DNA from: Ranitomeya imitator
Taxonomy: Eukaryota
Length of the DNA stretch: 64,000 bases
NCBI RefSeq assembly: GCF_032444005.1
Contig: NC_091288.1
Span: 203,608,001-203,672,000, forward strand
Direction: 5' to 3'
This document shows positions 47,333 to 59,709 of the stretch, piece by piece. A program made the translations under genes and the position numbers. How positions within the stretch are numbered: position 1 is the first letter of the stretch; every line of letters starts with the position of its first letter. The notes under the pieces were generated by a model that worked only from the letters and a program-made list of their open reading frames with translations, was not told where the DNA came from and ran no database searches.

Positions 47333-48036
47333 TTAGAGGGGTTTTAAATGGGTAAATTTGCAAAGTGCTTGTAAAAAAATCCTCTCTCTCTCCTTAAAAT
47401 AGGAGAGATTTTTAATTATATTGTTGTCGAGGTTACCGGCCACCTCTGCGGTCTATCATCATTGGTCGCTCTCCTAGGCAAAGGGCACAGTGCTTACAAG
47501 ATCTTTGCTATACAGCTTGTAAGCGCTGCACCAAAGATGGCTGGAGTGCACTGTTGGCTCCCAATCTGGGCAGCTTCAGTGTCCCTGCCCGCCTCTCACT
47601 CTGCCTCTGCTTGTAACAAGGAAGAGAGCACCGTTCAGGGCAAGTGTAGTCAGTTAATCATCAGGCGTTCAGCACTGCTGATAAGCTGGGAGACAGGGTA
47701 GTGGTGCGCTCCTGAATCTAATACATGAGACATCCCCCTTAAATCTAGTGGGATAAATATATGACCCATGTAATTCCCTTGAAATTATGAAAATAAAAGG
47801 CGCTATTACATCAATGGCGTAATCAGTCAGAAGGGCCCCTGTGCAAAAGTTATTCCTGGGCTTCCGCATGTTGGTTAGATGTATGAGCCCTTATAGTATT
47901 CTAAATCCTATAAGGACATACGAGTTGTACCCCCTCCCCCACGTTATGTAGCAAGTTCCCCCATCCTGGGCCTTGTATATATGACCCTCATCCTGGCCCC
48001 ATCCTTGGGCAATATACCAAGATTAAGGACATGATA

Positions 48037-49176
48037 CAGTTGAAACCAGAAGTTTCCATACACTATATAAAAAGGGACATCTGCATGTGTTTCTCAATAT
48101 CTGACCTGAAATCCGAATAAACCTTCCCGTTTTAGGTCAATTAGGATTACCATAATTATTAATATTTGCCAAATGAGAGAGAGAGAATGTTTTTTAAGGC
48201 ATTTTTATTACTTCAAAGTCAAAAGTTTCCATACACTAAGATTACTATGCCTTTAAACAATTCTGGATTGCCCATATGATGATGTCAGGTGTTTGGAAGT
48301 CTCTGTTTTTTTGGCAACTTCTAAGTTAATAGAGACACACCTGTGGATGTATTTTAATGCACACCTGAAACACACTGCTTCTTTGTGTAGCATCATGGGA
48401 AAGTCTAAAAAAAATCAGCCAAGATATCAGGAAGAGAATTGTGGACTTGCACAAGTCTGGCTCATCCTTGGGTACAATTTCACTTTCAAGATACCTGAAG
48501 GTGCCTCATTCATTTCTACAAACAATTATACACATGTACAAACAAGATGGGAATGTCCAGCCATTATTCCGCTCAGGAAGAAGACGGGCTCTGTGTCCCA
48601 GAGATGAGCGTGCTTTGGTCCGACGTCTTCATATCAACCCAAGGACAAAAGCAAAAGACTTTGTGAAGATGATGGCGGAAGCTGGTAAGATTGTGTCAAT
48701 ATCCACAAAGAAACGAGCACTGTATCAACATGGGCTGAAAGGCCACTCTGCCATTAAGAAGCCATTACTCCAAAAGAAACATAAAAAAAAACAGATTAAT
48801 ATCTGCAAATGCACACAGGAACAAAGACCTTCATTTTTGAGACATGTCCTGTGGTCTGATGAAACTAAAATTGAACTCTTTGTGCATAATGACAGTCGTT
48901 ATGTTTGGAGGAAAAAGGGAGGAGCTTGGAAGCCTAAGAACACCATCCCCACTGTGAAACACAGTGGTAGCAGCATCATGTTGTGGGGTTGTTTTGGTGT
49001 GGGAGGGAACTGGTGCACTTCACAAAAATAGATGGCATCACGAGAAAAGAAGATTATGTGGCAATACTGAAGCAACATCTCAACACATCAGCCAGGTAGT
49101 TAAAGCTTGGACGGAAATGGGTCTTCCAAATGGACAATGACCCAAAGCATACTGCCAAAGTGGTAACAAAGTGGCT
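48037..49176 (+). mobile_element. Sleeping-Beauty-like (IR/DR) Tc1 element, 3'-truncated; transposase pseudogene from 48395
   Basis: TA + CAGTTGAAACCAGAAGTTTCCATACAC with an inner DR near 48215. Reads MGKSK..., DLHKSGSSLG, VLWSDETKIELF, PTVKH. Frameshifts. Confidence 0.9.
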
Positions 49177-49493
49177 TAATGCGTTCTCTTCTGAAACCGG
49201 CAGCTGACTTCAGTGTGGGAACGCATGACGCCACTGTCATATGCGCGCTGATGTCAGCTGCTGGCCTCTATCGCAGTGCATGGACCTGGCGGGTCTCTGC
49301 TCCACATTACACTTACGTTGACATTTGTGCTGGCATCAGCAGACCACTCATCCGCTCGATCGCTATTTCTTTGACCACTATCATTACTTCCCCGATGAGT
49401 GCCTGGGCTGTGGTACCAGACGAGCTTTACTATGTGTGATCGATAACAGATACGGGTCACTAGAATCTTGATTTCTCTTTCTTTTCTGTATAG

Positions 49494-49570
49494 CTTTGGA
49501 TGATCATGGCGACCAGGTGCAGAGTATATGCTGGAGTCAGGATGGGGTACTGATCGGAACCACTTCTAAG
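49494..49570 (+). CDS. CORO7: CORO7 exon 6 (77 nt)
   Basis: ALDDHGDQVQSICWSQDGVLIGTTSK. Confidence 0.93.
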
Positions 49571-50890
49571 GTGAGAAATAGAAGGGACTTTAAAATGGGG
49601 ATTAAATGTTTTACTCTTTTTCCATAGATAATAAACAAATAATAATAATGTTTTCCATTTACTGACTGTTGGGAAATCAATGCAGTGAAGAGTTACCGTA
49701 TATCATTTACTTCCATACTCTGGCGCCACCTAGTGTCCAAAGTGGATAACAATGTGCACGTGCATCTTATGAGATGAGCAGAGGTGGTCGCACATGCTCA
49801 GTCACTCATCCCACAGCCCAGTCTGCACATTGTGAACCTCAGCTTTCTGCCCTGGCTGGACTTCATAGGGGATAGTTATTTTCGACATGTATTGCCATAG
49901 ATGTAAAAATATCACTGGTTCCATTCCCCTATACAAGGTGAAAAAATAACAAAATAAAAGTTGAAATTGCAACCTTTTTCTCAGTAAAGAAAATAAAAAG
50001 AATTATCATATTCAGTATTGCCACGTCTACAAAATTATTTAACTCTTATGGTAGATACCATATTATTTAGGAGTCTTGCCACCCCCACCCCCCCCAAAAA
50101 AAAATGAAGAAATAAAAAAAAAAGTATGTACCCCAAGAATGTTGATTCACGAGGCAAAAAAAAATCAACATCCATTGACTGAGAGATTAACCTTGTAAGA
50201 ATGGTTTTCAAGCTGTCCAGTATCGCTGAAGCACAGTGTTGGCTCCTAATCCCAACCCAGCTTCATCACAGCACTTACAAGCTAGACAGCAGCGGTGGTC
50301 GGTCACCTAGGCAACGAGCTATAAACAAAAGAAAAAGTGTTAATATCTCAAGAACGGCTGCAATTTTTAAGAAACAGTAACTTGCAAAAGTGTTTGTTTT
50401 TTCAAGCCCTATCCAACAATACCCTTATAGAATTTAAAGGGATTAACCCTTTAAATTCTAGTTTTACGTTGGTATTTTCTGATGTGTCCTGTAGGTGGCG
50501 ATCTTAGTATACTGAACGGACTTTCTTTTCCTAACTTTACAATTGTTTTACCCCTTATTTACTATATTTAGTTGCCTACTATCAAATTTTCAGGTCCTTT
50601 ATCAGTGTGCCTCTTTATTGATTTATTCCTTTGGATATAAGTTTTATTCATTTATTTTTTTAATATAAAATTTGTGGGAAAAATATAGTTAAAGGGGTTT
50701 TACATAAGTTTTGAAGCCTTTTAATCCCTTTTTATGCACGTGATGATCTGACATTGTATCGTATGATGATGGCGGTGTAATGGCAGAACGCTGGCATTGG
50801 ACATAACGGCGTGATTTCATCTTGCGTCTTAATGTCTTGTTATTCCTTGATTTCCCCATTTTTATATATTTTCCGGTTTCTTTCTTGCAG

Positions 50891-50941
50891 GACAAGAGAC
50901 TGAGGATTTTTGATGTCCGGAAAAGCACAAAATCCATTCAG
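50891..50941 (+). CDS. CORO7: CORO7 exon 7 (51 nt)
   Basis: DKRLRIFDVRKSTKSIQ. Confidence 0.93.
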
Positions 50942-51324
50942 GTATTGCTGCATATTCTGATGGCGCTGATGCCATGGGGGGGAGGGGAGGCTGTAGGATA
51001 AATCTCTGGGGGTCTATGGCTGTCACCACATAAGTGCTGGAGGAATCTGTCCGCTTGTGATTACATGTTGGTACCACACATAAACAAATGACACATAGAC
51101 AAGATCCAGCCAGCGTGTCACAACAGGAGATAAGGGGCCATTCATGTGAGAGCTTTCTGGAAATGGCTGCTATTTTATACTGATCCTTTGATATCTGATC
51201 CCCCTGTGTACATGTTATTGATTCTATACATCCCCCCCATTGTCTGTCCTCTCATGCCTGCAGCCTCGACCAGGGACATAACAGGAAATTATGTCCCCCC
51301 TGTACAAAAAATGTTATTCCTAAT

Positions 51325-53962
51325 TCACACAGTGATGTCACAGTACAGAGGTAATACACACGGTGATGTCACAGTACAGGGATAATGCACACAGTGATGT
51401 CACAGTACAGGGATAATACACACAGTGATGTCACAGTACAGGGATAATGCACACAGTGATGTCACAGTACAGAGGTAATACACACGGTGATGTCACAGTA
51501 CAGGGATAATGCACACAGTGATGTCACAGTACAGGGATAATACACAGTGATGCCACAGTACAGAGGTAATACAAACGGTGATGTCACAGTACAGGGATAA
51601 TAGTTAAATAAATAGGGCAGCACACTGCAGCGCCAAAACATGCAAACTTGAAAAAACTAAATTTGAACTGCATTACTGCACTAGAAATATGAAAAATGAG
51701 AGCTTTTAGCGCACAAAAATGGCCAATTTTATGTGTACCTCGTAGCCACGTTAAGGCATCTCTCTTATACGAGGTCCTAAGTTTGACCTACCTCACTGAG
51801 AATAAACGTCTCCATCTGAATGGGTACATGTAAAAACCTCTTCTTGGACTCAAATTCTCTCTCTATGTGGAGGGATATTGGACCTACTATAATTAAAACA
51901 CCTGAAGCTAGGAGGCGGGGAGTGCACGATCAGAAGGCTAGAGAATACATTTCAAAAACCTGACCTGCACATCCAAACATAGACTGAGTGTGAACAGGTG
52001 CTGAACCCAGAGTCGCCAACTCGTATATAGTTAAATAAATAGGGCAGCACACTGCAGCGCCAAAACATTCAAACTTGAAAAAACGAAATTTGAACTGCAT
52101 TACTGCACTAGAGAGATGCCTTAACGTGCACTCCCCGCCTCCTAGCTTCAGGTGTTTTAATTATAGTAGGTCCAATACCCCTCCACATAGAGAGAGAATT
52201 TGAGTCCAAGAAGAGGTTTTTGCATGTACCCATTCAGATGGAGACGTTTATTCTCAGTGAGGGAGGTCAAACGTAGGACCTCGTATAAGAGAGATGCCTT
52301 AACGTGGCTACGAGGTACACATAAAATTGGCCATTTTTGTGCGCTAAAAGCTCTCATTTTTCATATTTCTAGTGCAGTAATGCAGTTCAAATTTCGTTTT
52401 TTCAAGTTTGCATGTTTTGGCGCTGCAGTGTGCTGCCCTATTTATTTAACTATATACGAGTTGGCGACTCTGGGTTCAGCACCTGTTCACACTCAGTCTA
52501 TGTTTGGATGTGCAGGTCAGGTTTTTGAAAAGTACAGGGATAATACACACAGTGATGTCACAGTACAGGGGTAATACACACAGTGATGTCACAGTACAGG
52601 GATAATATACACAGTGATGTCACAGTACAGGGATAATATACACAGTGATGTCACAGTACAGGGATAATACACACAGTGATGTCACAGTACAGGGATAATA
52701 CACACAGTGATGTCACAGTGCAGGAATAATACACACAGTGATGTCACAGGACAGGGATAATAAACACAGTGATGTCACAGTACAGGGATAATGCACACAG
52801 TGATGTCACAGTACAGGGATAATAAACATGGTGATGTCACAGTACAGGGATAATGCACACAGTGATGTCACAGTACAGGGATAATACACAGTGATGTCAC
52901 AGTACAGAGGTAATACAAACGGTGATGTCACAGTACAGGGATAATACACACAGTGATGTCACAGTACAGGGATAATACACACAGTGATGTCACAGTACAG
53001 GGATAATATACACAGTGATGTCACAGTACAGGGATAATATACACAATGATGTCACAGTACAGGGATAATACACACAGTGATGTCACAGTACAGGGATAAT
53101 ACACACAGTGATGTCACAGTGCAGGAATAATACACACAGTGATGTCACAGGACAGGGATAATACATACAGTGATGTCACAGTACAGGGATAATACATACA
53201 GTGATGTCACAGTACAGGGATAATAAACACAGTGATGTCACAGTACAGGGATAATAAACACAGTGATGTCACAGTACAGGGATAATACACACAGTGATGT
53301 CACAGTACAGGGATAATGCACACAGTGATGTCACAGGACAGGGATAATACATACAGTGATGTCACAGGACAGGGATAATACACACAGTGATGTCACAGTA
53401 CAGGGATAATGCACACAGTGATGTCACAGGACAGGGATAATACACACAGTGATGTCACAGGACAGGGATAATACATACAGTGATGTCACAGGACAGGGAT
53501 AATACACACAGTGATGTCACAGTACAGGGATAATACACACAGTGATGTCACAGTACAGGGATAATACACACAGTGATGTCACAGTACAGGGATAATGCAC
53601 ACAGTGATGTCACAGGACAGGGATAATACACACAGTGATGTCACAGTACAGGGATAATGCACACAGTGATGTCACAGTACAGGGATAATACACACAGTGA
53701 TGTCACAGTACAGGGATAATACATACAGTGATGTCACAGTACAGGGATAATACACACAGTGATGTCACAGGACAGGGATAATACACAGTGATGTCACAGT
53801 ACAGGGATAATACATACAGTGATGTCACAGTACAGGGATAATACACACAGTGATGTCACAGGACAGGGATAATACACACAGTGATGTCACAGGAGAGGGA
53901 TAATACACAGTGATGTCACAGTACAGGGATAATACACACAGTGATGTCACAGGACAGGGACA
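51325..53962. repeat. 31-bp minisatellite (CAGTACAGGGATAATACACACAGTGATGTCA)n split by an insertion at 51601-52530
   Basis: Direct reading. Confidence 0.95.
51601..52530. mobile_element. 930-bp insertion built from a 427-bp unit in direct and inverted, circularly permuted copies (Penelope-like architecture)
   Basis: Unit 51601-52027, partial direct copy 52028-52112, inverted copy 52125-52530. Apparent 13-15-bp TSD AGTACAGGGATAA. Confidence 0.6.
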
Positions 53963-54716
53963 CTATACTCCTGATCTCAGCCTGTCGTGCATTATCTAGT
54001 CTATTATTGTGAAGCTCTATAGAAACAACCACACGAATCCCTTTATTATACAATGAAGTTGAGTATAATTCGGGGACATTCCGTCTGTTTTGTATTAATG
54101 ACTGTATATAGGAATTCTCGGGTATTTGTCTTGTAGTTAATGATCCATTATTGCACTGAAACTAGGCCAAGGACAGATCCCAAGACGATCAAGTGCAAAA
54201 CAAAACCACCCTGTTTCTACCATAATAATTAAACGCAGTACTCGTTAAATACAAGCACAACATCATCTACCTCTATCTTGCTAATTAAAAGCAGAGAACT
54301 TACTATAAGTCTGCAAATACACATGTGGGGGGCATCCCAGGTTCTGGTTGGGGTCTGTGAGCAGGAACAGTCATTGCCAGGCTCATGGCTCCTTCATGTG
54401 GTATGATCTGATATTTGGGCCACATGGAGGGGAAATTACAAGCCTCGGTATTGTTTATGAATGCCTCCAATTTATCCTTGAAATGATGGACAATTGTGTC
54501 TGTTACTGGTAATATCTGGTTACAACCTCCAGATATTGCCCAGATCATGTCAGGTTACAACCTCCAGAGGGCGCTCTTTATGTATATTTAGCACCTTTTT
54601 TTGTTCTTCCATGTTTTTCTAGTACCATCACAATGTAGACTGTCTTTTATTTAACACTAGCCTTATAAACCAGATATACGACCTGCTAGAAGAGGATTTG
54701 GGGCAAAACTTTCTTT

Positions 54717-55075
54717 TAATGGAAACCTATCAGCACATATTTATACATGGAAGAAGTGGTACAGCTTTTATAGGCGCTCGTCTGCCAATAAAAACGATAC
54801 ATTTTTTGTAGAGATCCGATGAGCCAATGATGAGAAATCTAGTGTAGAAGCCATATGCAAATGAGGCTGGAAGTTTACTGTGGGCGTGTCTGCAATTGAT
54901 TTTTTTTTCATGACACGCCCCCAGTACACTTTCTGCCTCATTTGCCTATAGCTTCTACGCTAAATATCTAATGAGTGGTAGATCGGATCTCTACAAAAAA
55001 GGTATTGATTTTATCGGGGGACAAGTGCGAATTCAGCCATACCACTAAAAACCCGTGCTGACAGGTTTCCTTCTT
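54717..55075. mobile_element. Degenerate T2-type palindromic MITE
   Basis: ATGGAAACCTATCAGCAC ... GTGCTGACAGGTTTCC, with internal inverted arms. Confidence 0.65.
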
Positions 55076-55897
55076 ATGGTTTTACTTTGCTCTATGTTAT
55101 GATTTATAGCCCACTGACCTTCTTAATTACATTTTTATTAATTTGTTTCCTGATAGTAGGGTAAGGGAACTCGGCTCATGGTCAATGTGCTCATATATTT
55201 GCTGGCATAGTGTTCAGCGCCACAGGCAAGAAGATAAAATGGGCAGCCTCATCCCAGAGTGTGTGGGTGAATTGGCCGCAGAAACTGCTTCCAGATGTTG
55301 CAGGGCGTCCTAGCATCCTTCATCATTCTGGGCGGGAGGAGGAGAGAAATTCTTTCCTTCAGCATCATAAAATTCCTCCTAACCTCCTCTCCCTTCTCTG
55401 TCCAAATACTCTCAATTTCCTCTTTCCTGACGGAATGGTCTGCAGGTCCGGATCCTGTGCATAGGCGAAGTGCCGAGGAGGGGGAGCAGAATTTGTAGAT
55501 CTTGCAGTTTATGACTGTTGTTTTATGTAGTTTTATGAAGCTTTTTGCACATGCAGGGAATTCTAGTTCTGCTGGCAATTAGGGGTTAATGCCACGAGCT
55601 GCGTGTTGTAACCATTAGGGCAGGAATGTTCTGCAGATCTGGCTTTAAAGAAAGGGCTTAATTTCAGTATATTCTTCTGCTGGCGCAAAAATGCTTCAGC
55701 ACATGTTCTCTATTAAGTACTGAAACCAGGCTTCTCATGAGAAAACCATCTCTCCCCCTCCTCACAGAAGCCTGTGTGTCCTCCTAATATAAAGGCAACT
55801 GCACAAAGACCTGCTCTGTACACCTAATACACAGACGCATGCCTGCGCCATTACACAGGGCACTGGCGGTATTATCCCCTATATACAGCAAGCTCTC

Positions 55898-57548
55898 CTA
55901 ATACACAGGGATCAGGACACGGCCCCGTCCTCCTCCTAATACACAGCCATCAGGACACGGCCCCGTCCTCCTAATACACAGCCATCAGGACATGGCCCCG
56001 TCCTCCTCCTAATACACAGGGAACCGTACATGGCCCTGTCCTCCTCCTAATACACAGCCACCAGGACACAGCCCCGTCCTCCTCCTAATACACAGGGATC
56101 AGGACATGGCCACGTCCTCCTAATACACAGCCATCAGGGCACAGCCCCGTCCTCCTAATACACAGGGATCAGGACATGGCCCCGTCCTCCTCCTAATACA
56201 CAGGGATCAGGACACGGCCCCGTCCCCCTCCTAATACACAGGGATCAGGACACGGCCCCGTCCTCCTCCTAATACACAGCCATCAGGACACGGCCCCGTC
56301 CTCCTAATACACAGGGATCAGGACACGGCCCCGTCCTCCTAATACACAGGGATCAGGACACGGCTCCATCCTCCTATTAATACACAGCCATCAGGACACG
56401 GCTCCATCCTCCTCCTAATACACAGGGATCAGGACATGGCCCCGTCCTCCTCCTAATACACAGGGATCAGGACATGGCCCCGTCCTCCTCCTAATACACA
56501 GGGATCAGGACACGGCCTCGTCCTCCTCCTAATACACAAGGATCAGGACACGGCCCCGTCCTCCTCCTAATACACAGGGATCCGGACACGGCCCCGTCCT
56601 CCTCCTAATACACAGGGAACTGTACATGGCCCCGTCCTCCTCCTAATACACAGCCATCAGGACACGGCCCCGTCCTCCTAATACACAGGGATCAGGACAC
56701 GGCCCCGTCCTCCTAATACACAGCCATCAGGACACGGCCCCGTCCTCCTCCTAATACACAGGGAACCGTACATGGCCCTGTCCTCCTCCTAACACACAGC
56801 CACCAGGACCCAGCCCCGTCCTCCTCCTAATACACAGGGAACCGTACATGGCCTTGTCCTCCTCCTAATACACAGCCATCAGGACACAGCCCCGTCCTCC
56901 TAATACACAGGGATCAGGACACAGCCCTGTCCTCCTAATACACAGGGATCAGGACACAGCCCCGTCCTCCTCCTAATACACAGGGATCCGGACATGGCCC
57001 TGTCCTCCTCCTAATACACAGCCATAAGGACACGGCCCCGTCCTCCTCCTAATACACAGCCATAAGGACACAGCCCCGTCTTCCTCCTAATACACAGTTA
57101 GCAGGACACAGCCCCGTCCTCCTCCTAATACACAGCATCAGGACACGGCCCCGTCCTCCTCCTAATACACAGCATCAGGACACGGCCCCGTCCTCCTCCT
57201 AATACACAGGGATCCGGACATGGCCCTGTCCTCCTCCTAATACACAGAGATCCGGACATGGCCCCGTCCTCCTCCTAATACACAGGGATCCGGACATGGC
57301 CCCGTCCTCCTCCTAATACACAGGGATCCGGACATGGCCCTTTCCTCCTCCTAATACACAGCCATCAGAACACAGCCCCAACCTCCTAATACACAGCCAT
57401 CAGGACACGGCCCCGTCCTCCTCCTAATACACAGCCATCAGGACACAGCCCCAACCTCCTATTACACAGCCATCAGGACACGGCCCCATCCTCCTCCTAA
57501 TACACAGGAATCAGTACACGGCCCCGTCCTCCTCCTAATACACAGCCC
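55898..57548. repeat. 35/38-bp minisatellite AATACACAG(GG/CC)ATCAGGACACGGCCCCGT(CCT)2-3
   Basis: Direct reading. Unit length varies by one CCT. Confidence 0.95.
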
Positions 57549-58097
57549 TCTCCTCGTCGCCCTTCTTATAGAAGGTTCTTTGCGCACATCTTTAATGTTT
57601 GGCATACTGTCACTTCCATGACACCCAGCGAGGTGGAGGTGTTACAGAGCCAGTACTGTGATGGATCCGGACGCTCCTCTACATTGGGAGTTACTTGTTT
57701 ATAGTGAATCTAGTATCTGGTCCCTGCGGTTTCATTGCTCCGACTGATTCATCATTTTTTTTTGCATTCCTGGACGATGCAGAACTCTTTCACAATTGTG
57801 AACTTGAGAAATCAAAACATCCAATGTCCACGAGTCAGTACAATCCAGACTAAGATGCAGAATCCTGGACGCAGCTACGTTACATCCGAGACTTTGCCGC
57901 ATATCAACGCGGGAACTACAACCTCCAGCATCCTGTGCTGGCATTTTAATCGTGTTCGGACGTCATGTAAATACCTAATTGCTTCTGATTGCAGGTGGAT
58001 GTAATGATTTTCTATTCTAGGTGTCAGGAATATATATTTTTTAATACATTCTCCCTTTTGAAGGCGACGTGATACTTGCCATAACTATACAGATTGC

Positions 58098-58400
58098 TTT
58101 ACACGGTGTAAATGCCGCTGTTCTCCTGAATCCGGCGCTGTTTTTCTTTCATTTCTGCGCCTCTCCGTTCCTGAGATATGGCTTCTTCTTTGCGATATAT
58201 AAAATTAGTCTTTTTATTTCCAACTGGGTGTGGTTTTCAGGAAGGCTCCAGCAGAGAATAGTGGAGAACCACACCCACTTGCCTAACAAGACTAGAATTA
58301 CGTGCAGGGAAGATGGGGCCATATCTCAGGAACGGAGAGGCCCAGGAAGAAAAAAACAACAACTCCGGATTCAGGAGAACAGCGGCGTTTACATGAGGTG
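58098..58400. mobile_element. Palindromic MITE core
   Basis: GTAAATGCCGCTGTTCTCCTGAATCCGG / CCGGATTCAGGAGAACAGCGGCGTTTAC arms. Confidence 0.65.
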
Positions 58401-59709
58401 AAAACAAAAATGCATTTTTATGGTGACCGGTCTTTCTTAAAGGGGAACTCCATCTTGGAGCCAATTTATTTATTACATTTACCACCTCCAAAGAGGGCGA
58501 CGTAGGGAAGATTTTCTTCTGAATTACTTCATAATGGAAATATAAGAGTTTTTTTTCACAAAATTTTGCCAAATCTGCACAAATAAAGGGCCATTTAAAG
58601 GGTTATTTCTTATTTTTTTTTAAAAGGGACATATTAAAGGGGTTATTTCATGGCAGACATTAAGGGCATGTTAGTAGAAATCCAGTCTACGCTATACTTT
58701 GAACCATTGCCAGTTGCTCAATATTAGCTGTACCGTTACCGGGGGGTGGTATTTGTTATCGGGGGCTCTGTGACAGTCACAGCTGTGCCCCCAGATTGCC
58801 ATTCCCAAGGGTTGGATGTTTGCCCGGCCTTGTCTCTACGGGGTGTCGGCCATGTCTGGTCTCTGTCGTCATGACGACACTTTAACAAGAGGAGAATATT
58901 TGAGTAATGGTCTGGGCCTATGTACTGAGCAGGGGCTGGTCAAACACTTTCCAAATTACTTTCTATGTATTAAAGGATTTTTGGGGGGCTCCTGGGAGCT
59001 GAGGTGATATTCGGAGGCCAGATGTTACACATACATTGTCCCCGTGATCGCTGGGACTTCAGCGTGACAATGGGAATCTGGCGACATTTCTGTAGTATCT
59101 GTGTATAAGTGCATCCCTAGAAGTAAGTGAGACCCCCCTCTGCCGGCAGGAAGTGTGTGGGATTAGAGGATTTGGGGCCGTGGGAAGTTCGGACGGAGCT
59201 GAGGTGAAGGCTATAAATAGGAACCGTGACATCTTATTGCGGTTTACACCATGTGTCACTGTATGTTTGTATTAATTTGTTAGATAGATTAGCATGGTTA
59301 GGTATTTATTTAATGTACGCCGGAACGTAGATGTGTCCGGCAAGTCGTCTGCAGGGGCGCAATGTGCAAAAATTGTTATAATCGCAGTCAATATCTTCAC
59401 CAGCTACTCGGCGTCCATGGCTTCTCTAATCTCTGGGGAAACAAGGGATTGGACATGTTGAATTTTAACATGCCTGATCCCCGTTTCTGTGGGCAAACAC
59501 ATAGCAATAGGTGGTGAAGTTGGTGTCACGTTTTGACACTGAACCCCTTAAGGGCACAAAGACCCCACTGCTTCATAAGAAGATGCATGTGGCAGGTTGG
59601 GGCCTAAAATTTATTTGGCAGTGATGCCAAAGAACTTAAAACTACATCTTGTGATGTGTTTCGGTATATGGCAGGTTTTTTTGGGTGTTGCCAGTATGCG
59701 TCAGGATTC

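Noticed and set aside
51601-52530. Hammerhead ribozyme in the Penelope-like unit
   Set aside because: AAACGTC is present, but I found no CTGANGA core with stem II by eye. A covariance search is needed.
54303-54548. Minus-strand ORF with faint hAT-transposase-like wording (FKDKLEAF...NFPS)
   Set aside because: Too short and weak to call without a profile search.
51325-57548. 30-38-bp repeat arrays resembling CRISPR
   Set aside because: Units are head-to-tail with no unique spacers, there are no cas genes, and the context is a vertebrate intron.
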